The notes under the pieces are model-generated. The model worked only from the letters and a program-made list of their open reading frames with translations, searched no databases and had not been told where the DNA came from. DNA of 64,000 nt from an uncultured archaeon (GTDB taxonomy: Archaea > Altiarchaeota > Altiarchaeia > JAFGQM01): NCBI GenBank assembly GCA_964619365.1, contig CAZUDQ010000001.1, forward strand, positions 82,929-146,928, read 5' to 3'. Below, piece after piece: positions 57,955 to 64,000 of the stretch (position 1 is the first letter of the stretch; each line of letters begins with the position of its first letter). Both the position numbers and the translations under genes were made by a program.

Positions 57955-59043
57955 TTATCTTTCGCGCTCGCCTCTTATAAATTCCTCGACCATCTCTTTT
58001 GCAAGAGAATCCGGGTATTGTATGGGGGGCGACTTCATGAAATACGCTGACGGAGAAAGTAACATTCCGCCGACACCACGATCAAGACCAAGCTTTGCGC
58101 AGCGTATGGCATCAACTATTACTCCCGCCGAGTTTGGAGAGTCTTCGACTGAAAGGCGCATCTCAAGGTTCATTGGAACGTCGCCAAACTGCTTGCCTTC
58201 CATCCTGATAAAACAGACCTTATTGTCCTTAAGCCACGGTACCCAGTCAGACGGGCCAACATAGATATCTTCATCGGGAAGCCTTTGTGGGAGCTGGCTT
58301 TGGACCGCATTTGTCTTTGAAATCCTTTTGCTCTTTAGCCGTGAGCGCATAAGCATATTCTTAAAATCTGTGTTGCCACCCACATTAAGCTGGTAAGTAT
58401 GTGCTAGTGGCTCACCGCGGTCTACAAAGAGTTTTGTTAAGACACGATGAACTATTGTTGCTCCAACCTGACTTTTGATATCGCTTCCGATAACCGGAAG
58501 CTTCTTTTTCTCAAATTCAGCGATAAGCTCTTTTTCATCCTGGATAAATACCGGGATTGCGTTTACAAAAGCAACGCCTGCTTCCATGCACTGGCGCGCA
58601 TACCAACGAATGCCGTCTTCAGAGCCAACTGGAAGGTAGGCAACGGCGACTTCTGCCCCCGTTTCTTTAAGAACTTTTTTAACGTCAACAGGGTTTTGCT
58701 TCGGGTCGACAAGGAATGAATCCTGTACTGTTTCACCTATTCCATCAAGAACCGGACCTTTCTGGACAGTAATTCCCCAGTTTGGGACGTCTGAAAACTT
58801 TGTTGTGCAGTTCGAGCCTGAAAAAACTGCTTCAGATAGGTCTTTTCCTACCTTTCTCTTGTCAACATCAAAGGCCGCGACAAACTCTATGTCTGATATC
58901 TTGTATCCGCCAAGCACGTTATGCATAAGGCCAGGTACTCTCTCATCACTATCTCCAACATCCTTGTAATACTCGACACCCTGCACAAGAGAACTCGCAC
59001 AGTTGCCAATACCAATAAGTGCTACTTTTATTTTTCCGGGCAT
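57955..59043 (-). CDS. ino1: myo-Inositol-1-phosphate synthase
   Basis: [43 protein letters not shown]. Confidence 0.95.
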   Translation of the reverse strand: MPGKIKVALIGIGNCASSLVQGVEYYKDVGDSDERVPGLMHNVLGGYKISDIEFVAAFDVDKRKVGKDLSEAVFSGSNCTTKFSDVPNWGITVQKGPVLDGIGETVQDSFLVDPKQNPVDVKKVLKETGAEVAVAYLPVGSEDGIRWYARQCMEAGVAFVNAIPVFIQDEKELIAEFEKKKLPVIGSDIKSQVGATIVHRVLTKLFVDRGEPLAHTYQLNVGGNTDFKNMLMRSRLKSKRISKTNAVQSQLPQRLPDEDIYVGPSDWVPWLKDNKVCFIRMEGKQFGDVPMNLEMRLSVEDSPNSAGVIVDAIRCAKLGLDRGVGGMLLSPSAYFMKSPPIQYPDSLAKEMVEEFIRGERER

Positions 59044-59149
59044 TTTCTTAATCGTTTGTTTTACGTAAGTAAATTTTACGGTTGTAAAATATAAGGGTAA
59101 ATTAAGGCTTATAAAATAAAAATGAAAAAATCCGAAAATATGGGAAAAC

Positions 59150-60382
59150 TTAGTATATTTGCCCTTCTAAAAGTGCTTCATACGGCGCCCGCGCACGAAT
59201 AAGGCGCGCCTTGCCTCCTGAAACCATGACTTCTGCTGGTTTGAGGAAGGAATTGTAGTTTGAGGCCATTGAAAATCCGTAGGCGCCTGCGTTTTCTATT
59301 GCAATTATATCGCCTTCTTCTGCGTGCTCAACCTTTCTGTCCTTTGCAAAGAAGTCGCCAGTCTCACAGATATTGCCCACAACATCAACCGTTTCAAGAG
59401 GGCCGTTTTGACATTCCATATTAGATGCATTTTCTATGTGGTGGTATGCCCCGTACATTGAAGGGCGCACTAAGTGAGCCATATTGGCATCAAGACCTAT
59501 AAAGGTCTTTTGAGGGTTCTTTTTTATCGTGTTGACTTTACCGAGAAGAACTCCTGCACTACACACCGAGTAGCGTCCGGGTTCAATCCTATACTCGACT
59601 TTTTTGCCATATGCCTTTGAGAAGGCTTCCATCTTTTCAGTCGCAAAGCGTCCAAACTCCTTTATGTCGACTTCTGGCTCGCCCGGCTTGTACTGAACTC
59701 CAATTCCACCGCCAAAATCTACAAAATCAAGGTCGGAAAATTCTTTTGCCGCGCTAAGGACAAGATTCATTGTCTCCTTAAAGGGGACGAGATCCATTAT
59801 TGTTGTTCCGATATGTGCATGTATGCCCACTATCTTTAAATCGTACTTTGAAGCTATCTCGCGAATTTTTGGCGCTTCGCCAATCCAGATGCCAAACTTT
59901 GAGTCAAGGCCGCCGGTTTTAAGGTGAGGATGAACATCGGGGTTTACATCCGGGCAGACGCGCACGCAGACATCACTTCCTGGGAATGCTTTCCCATATT
60001 TTTCAAGGCGCGAAAGGGAACCGATATTAAGAAGCACTCCTTTTTTATGTACCCATTCCATCTCAGAATCAGACATATTGTTGCCTGTAAAAAGAATATC
60101 TTCTTTTGGAAAGCCCGCTTCGAGGGCAAGGAAAACTTCTCCTGGTGAAACTGCATCAACCCCCCAGTTCTCACTTAAAATCACCTTAAGGACAGCAAGG
60201 CTTGAATTTGCCTTGCATGCAAAAAGGAGCTTTTTTGGGTTATATGCTATCGCGTCTGAAAGAAGCTTGCACTTTTCCCTAATGATATCTTCTTCATAAA
60301 CATAAAGCGGCGTACCAAATTCTTCTGCGAGTTCTTCAGCAGAAACTCCCCCAAGATTCATCTTACCCTCGCGGATTTCCAT
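59150..60382 (-). CDS. lysA: Diaminopimelate decarboxylase
   Basis: [45 protein letters not shown]. Confidence 0.95.
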   Translation of the reverse strand: MEIREGKMNLGGVSAEELAEEFGTPLYVYEEDIIREKCKLLSDAIAYNPKKLLFACKANSSLAVLKVILSENWGVDAVSPGEVFLALEAGFPKEDILFTGNNMSDSEMEWVHKKGVLLNIGSLSRLEKYGKAFPGSDVCVRVCPDVNPDVHPHLKTGGLDSKFGIWIGEAPKIREIASKYDLKIVGIHAHIGTTIMDLVPFKETMNLVLSAAKEFSDLDFVDFGGGIGVQYKPGEPEVDIKEFGRFATEKMEAFSKAYGKKVEYRIEPGRYSVCSAGVLLGKVNTIKKNPQKTFIGLDANMAHLVRPSMYGAYHHIENASNMECQNGPLETVDVVGNICETGDFFAKDRKVEHAEEGDIIAIENAGAYGFSMASNYNSFLKPAEVMVSGGKARLIRARAPYEALLEGQIY

Positions 60383-60390
60383 TTTTGATA

Positions 60391-61224
60391 TTAAATGTTG
60401 TTTAGTGTGCCTTCAAATACTGTTGTTGCAGGGCCTGTCATAAATATATGGTTTGTTTCTTTGTCCCATACTACTTCAAGCGTTCCTCCAATCAGGTTTA
60501 CTCGTATATTTCTTTTTGTCTTGCCATTTAGTGAACACGCAACAGCACTCGCGCAGGCTCCTGTCCCGCAAGCAAGGGTCTCGCCGCATCCGCGCTCCCA
60601 TACGCGCATATTGATTTCCTCGTCTGAAAGTATTTCAACAAACTCCACATTTGTCTTTTTCGGAAAAAGCTTGTGAGTTTCTACTACAGTTCCTATTTCC
60701 TCGACGGGGTGCGATTCTGTTGAAGAAACAAAAGTCACCGCATGTGGGTTTCCCATGGAAACTGCAGTTATGTTTATGGTTTCGCCGTCTATTTCTATAC
60801 CTTCGTTTATGACTTTCTCGCCATCTGGGCCGTTCATTGGAATCTCTTCGCGCAATAGACGTGGTTCTCCCATGTCAACTCGCACGCGCCCGTCTGCAAG
60901 TAACTCTGGCTTGATAACTCCTGCCAATGTTTCTACGCTAAGTTCTGTCTTCTCGGTTATTCCCTTCTCATAAAGGAATTTTGCAAAGCAGCGAATGCCG
61001 TTTCCGCACATTTCGGCTTCTGAGCCGTCGGCATTTATTATCTGCATGCGAAAATCGCAGGTTTCTGAAGGCAATACCAGAATAAGCCCATCGGCACCCA
61101 CACCAAACTTTCTCTCACAAAGCTTTCGTGTGGTTCCTTCTAAATCTGAAATATCTAAACTGCGTGCATCAACAAGGATAAAATCGTTTCCTGTGCCATG
61201 CATCTTTGTGAAATTTAGCTCCAT
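60391..61224 (-). CDS. dapF: Diaminopimelate epimerase
   Basis: KMHGTGNDF, NADGSEAEMCGNG, GNPH, ERG.GETLACGTG. Confidence 0.96.
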   Translation of the reverse strand: MELNFTKMHGTGNDFILVDARSLDISDLEGTTRKLCERKFGVGADGLILVLPSETCDFRMQIINADGSEAEMCGNGIRCFAKFLYEKGITEKTELSVETLAGVIKPELLADGRVRVDMGEPRLLREEIPMNGPDGEKVINEGIEIDGETINITAVSMGNPHAVTFVSSTESHPVEEIGTVVETHKLFPKKTNVEFVEILSDEEINMRVWERGCGETLACGTGACASAVACSLNGKTKRNIRVNLIGGTLEVVWDKETNHIFMTGPATTVFEGTLNNI

Positions 61225-61231
61225 CTTTATC

Positions 61232-62392
61232 TTATTTTAAGTTGCGTATTCTTTCGGCTGCCTCAATTATCCTTTCTGAGGGTGAAGTTATTGACGCCCT
61301 GAAGTATCCTTCCCCGTATTCACCAAATGCAGTTCCTGGGGTGAGTACGACATTTGCCGCCTCCATTACCTTATTTACAAAAGAAGCTGAGGTTTCCCCT
61401 GCCGGGACTTTTGCCCATAAGTAAAAGGTTGCCGGGGGCTTTTTTGCTTCAATCCCGATATCGTTAAATGCTGCAACTAAGGTATCCATCCTTTTATTAT
61501 ACTCGTCAAGAGCTGGCGCCTCAGGATAATTCGTAAGTGCATATATCCCTGCCATTTGCACTGCCTCAAATACTCCTGAATCAATATTCTCTTTTACTTT
61601 TGAAAGGGCCGCAACAATCTCTGGGTTTCCATACGCGCTTCCAAGTCTCCAGCCTGTCATATTGTAAGTCTTTGAGAATGAATGAAGTTCTATTCCAACA
61701 TCCATTGCCCCAGGCACCTCAAGGAATGAGATTGGCTTATTCTTCTTATCAAAGTATATCTCAGAATAGGGTAAATCAGAGACTATGATTACCTCATTTT
61801 CTTCTGCAAAATCAACTACATCACTGTAAAATGCCTTGTCTGCAACGGCTCCTGTGGGGTTATTCGGGTAATTGATATACATTAGTTTTGCGTCCTTAGC
61901 ATCAGAGGCGTTTATTGCAGATAAGTCCGGTAAGTATCCATTCTCTTCAAGAAGTGGCATCTTTACTGGAATGCCGCCACTAAGTAAGCAAGCACCGTTT
62001 GCATAGCCCGGGTATCCTGGGTCCGGCACAAGTACCTTGTCCCCCGGGTTGACAAATGCACGGGCAAGATTGCAAAGACCTTCTTTTGAGCCAAGTGTCG
62101 CCTGAACATCAGAGGCGCTTATGCTTATACCAAATCTTTTTTTGCACCAATCAGCCCATGCCTGCCTAAAGTCCGGACGCCCGGCATCCATAGGGTATCT
62201 GTGAGTAGAGCTATCATTTATAGCATCAGACATTGCTGAGACTATTCCTTTTGGTGTTGGAAGGTCAGGATCCCCAATTCCTAAATCAACAAGATCCTTG
62301 CCCTTTTCACGAAGTGCTTTTTTCTTTCTTGAAATTTCAGCAAAAGCGTATGGAGGTATGCTTTTTAGATTATTTGAATATTCTATCTTCAT
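61232..62392 (-). CDS. dapL: LL-diaminopimelate aminotransferase
   Basis: PPY.FA, LGIGDPD, GSKEG, NYPNNPTG, SFSKTYNMTGWR; located inside the dap cluster. Confidence 0.85.
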   Translation of the reverse strand: MKIEYSNNLKSIPPYAFAEISRKKKALREKGKDLVDLGIGDPDLPTPKGIVSAMSDAINDSSTHRYPMDAGRPDFRQAWADWCKKRFGISISASDVQATLGSKEGLCNLARAFVNPGDKVLVPDPGYPGYANGACLLSGGIPVKMPLLEENGYLPDLSAINASDAKDAKLMYINYPNNPTGAVADKAFYSDVVDFAEENEVIIVSDLPYSEIYFDKKNKPISFLEVPGAMDVGIELHSFSKTYNMTGWRLGSAYGNPEIVAALSKVKENIDSGVFEAVQMAGIYALTNYPEAPALDEYNKRMDTLVAAFNDIGIEAKKPPATFYLWAKVPAGETSASFVNKVMEAANVVLTPGTAFGEYGEGYFRASITSPSERIIEAAERIRNLK

Positions 62393-62462
62393 TTCAATTT
62401 TTACCTTTATTCTAGCGCCTAATTTGAAGCTGACTCTAAAAATAGTTTAAATTGCGTGATAA

Positions 62463-63284
62463 TTAGTCTTTTAGGCCAATTACATCCCACATATCATAAA
62501 GGCCTGACTCTTTTCCCGCAAGCCATTTTGTAGCAAGTACGCATCCGCTTGCAAAGCAGTCGCGTGAGTGTGCTTGGTGACGAATTTCTATTCTCTCGCC
62601 AAGCGCCCCAAAAAGAAGAGTGTGGTCTCCTACAATATCTCCTGCGCGAATGGCGTGTATGCCAATCTCCTCGGGAGTCCTCTCTCCGACCATACCTTCT
62701 CGACCATAGACTGCAACATCGTCAAGATTGCGGCCTCTTGCTTCGGCAACTATCTTTGCTAGAGTCTTTGCTGTGCCTGAGGGTGCATCTTTTTTGAACC
62801 TGTGATGCGCTTCAATTAACTCAATGTCAAAGCCTTTTAATCCTTTTGCGGCATCTTCTGCGAGCTTGAAAAATACATTTACACCGACTGAAAAGTTTGA
62901 TGCAATGATTCCTGCAATGCCTGAATCTGTAATTATCTTCTCAAGCTCTTTTAATTCTTCGCCTGCAAAGCCTGTTGTACCTATGATTACCTTGACATTA
63001 TTTGCCGCGGCTATCTCTGCAGTTTTAATAGATACTTTGGGCGTGGTAAAGTCTATTAGAATATCGGGCTTTTTCTCTTTTATCTCTGAATCGATAGTGT
63101 CGCCTGAGACTACAAAAACACCAATATTCCCAATACCAAGAACATCTCCTATATCCTTTCCTATGCTTGGCGAATTTGGGGCATCTATTGCTGAAACTAC
63201 CTCAAGATTATCATCGTTTTGTGCATGAGACAAGACCATTCCTGCCATACGCCCACATGCGCCGTTTATTGCTATCCTTGTCAT
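62463..63284 (-). CDS. dapB: 4-hydroxy-tetrahydrodipicolinate reductase
   Basis: GACGRM, DFT, GTTG, NFSVG, EAHHRFKKDAPSGTA. Confidence 0.96.
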   Translation of the reverse strand: MTRIAINGACGRMAGMVLSHAQNDDNLEVVSAIDAPNSPSIGKDIGDVLGIGNIGVFVVSGDTIDSEIKEKKPDILIDFTTPKVSIKTAEIAAANNVKVIIGTTGFAGEELKELEKIITDSGIAGIIASNFSVGVNVFFKLAEDAAKGLKGFDIELIEAHHRFKKDAPSGTAKTLAKIVAEARGRNLDDVAVYGREGMVGERTPEEIGIHAIRAGDIVGDHTLLFGALGERIEIRHQAHSRDCFASGCVLATKWLAGKESGLYDMWDVIGLKD

Positions 63285-63285
63285 C

Positions 63286-64000
63286 TTAAATGAGGTCTAA
63301 GGAAGAAAGGACTACGTCCATCTTTGCCTTATTTTCATTTGTCATCTCGACAAGAGGGAGTCGTGGTGCTCCAGCTGCAAAGCCCATCTTATCTAAAGCA
63401 TATTTGACCGGGCACGGATTTGTGTCTACAAATACCACCTTAAAGAGATCAAGAAGCTCGTAATGAATGGCCTTTGAAGTTTCTAATTTACCGTCAAAAA
63501 ATTCATGAACCATGTTTGCGACTTTTGCGGGAGCTATGTTTGATGCCACTGAAATAACACCGTGGCCACCAAGTGCCATCATAGGGTAAGTCCAGCTGTC
63601 CTCGCCTGAAAGGACTATGAAGTCTTCAGGCGCATCGCGCAAGATTCTCATTATCTGCTCAAGATTACATGAGGCTTCCTTTACGGCAACGATATTTGGA
63701 ATCTTTGAAAGTCTGAGTGTCGTTTCTGCTTCAAGATTCTTTCCCGTCCTGCTGGGGACATTGTAAAGGACAATAGGTATATCCACAGCCTCTGCTATCG
63801 CTTTATAGTGCTGGTATAAGCCTTCCTGGCTTGGCTTATTATAATAAGGGACAACGATAAGTGCCGCGTCGGCACCAGCATCCTTTGCATGCTGAGTATA
63901 CCTGATGGCCTCTTTTGTTGAATTTGAACCGGACCCTGCTATAACTTTACATTTGCCTTTTGCCTCTTCAACGGCAATGTCGATTACTCGCTCGTGTTCT
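63286..64000 (-). CDS. dapA: 4-hydroxy-tetrahydrodipicolinate synthase, 5' end truncated by the window edge
   Basis: AGSGSNST and VPYYNKPSQEG upstream of the tracked ORF; LYNVPSRTG, VKEAS, LSGED, TNP.PVK. Confidence 0.95.
   Translation of the reverse strand, partial: EHERVIDIAVEEAKGKCKVIAGSGSNSTKEAIRYTQHAKDAGADAALIVVPYYNKPSQEGLYQHYKAIAEAVDIPIVLYNVPSRTGKNLEAETTLRLSKIPNIVAVKEASCNLEQIMRILRDAPEDFIVLSGEDSWTYPMMALGGHGVISVASNIAPAKVANMVHEFFDGKLETSKAIHYELLDLFKVVFVDTNPCPVKYALDKMGFAAGAPRLPLVEMTNENKAKMDVVLSSLDLI

Overview
A gene-dense, roughly 42% GC (estimated by eye) archaeal chromosome segment. Archaeal markers include Rpp21, aRF1, TFE, aTrm56, RadB, Cdc48, NAC, class I LysRS, L37e and class III signal-peptide pilins. 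The surface proteins and ORFans suggest a DPANN-like lineage, but taxonomy cannot be fixed from this window. Housekeeping content covers tRNA modification, topA, lhr, ftsY, purM, nadA, glmS, inositol lipid head-group genes and a complete DapL-type lysine pathway split over two clusters. Four accessory elements stand out. (1) Three tandem, basic, ~40-aa helical-repeat paralogs share a conserved C-terminal YQ..L..RG.(F/I)PTKGLIE.MH motif and sit on the opposite strand between a metallophosphoesterase gene and lhr. (2) A mosaic set of large Cys/Asp-rich surface or pilin-like proteins shares N- and C-terminal modules. (3) A divergent FtsZ-like protein apparently lacks the catalytic T7 loop. (4) An internally deleted Nep1-like SPOUT protein and a divergent nitrilase-fold ORFan are present. 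I saw no rRNA, tRNA, CRISPR array, transposase or integrase. All calls come from reading motifs by eye, with no database searches.
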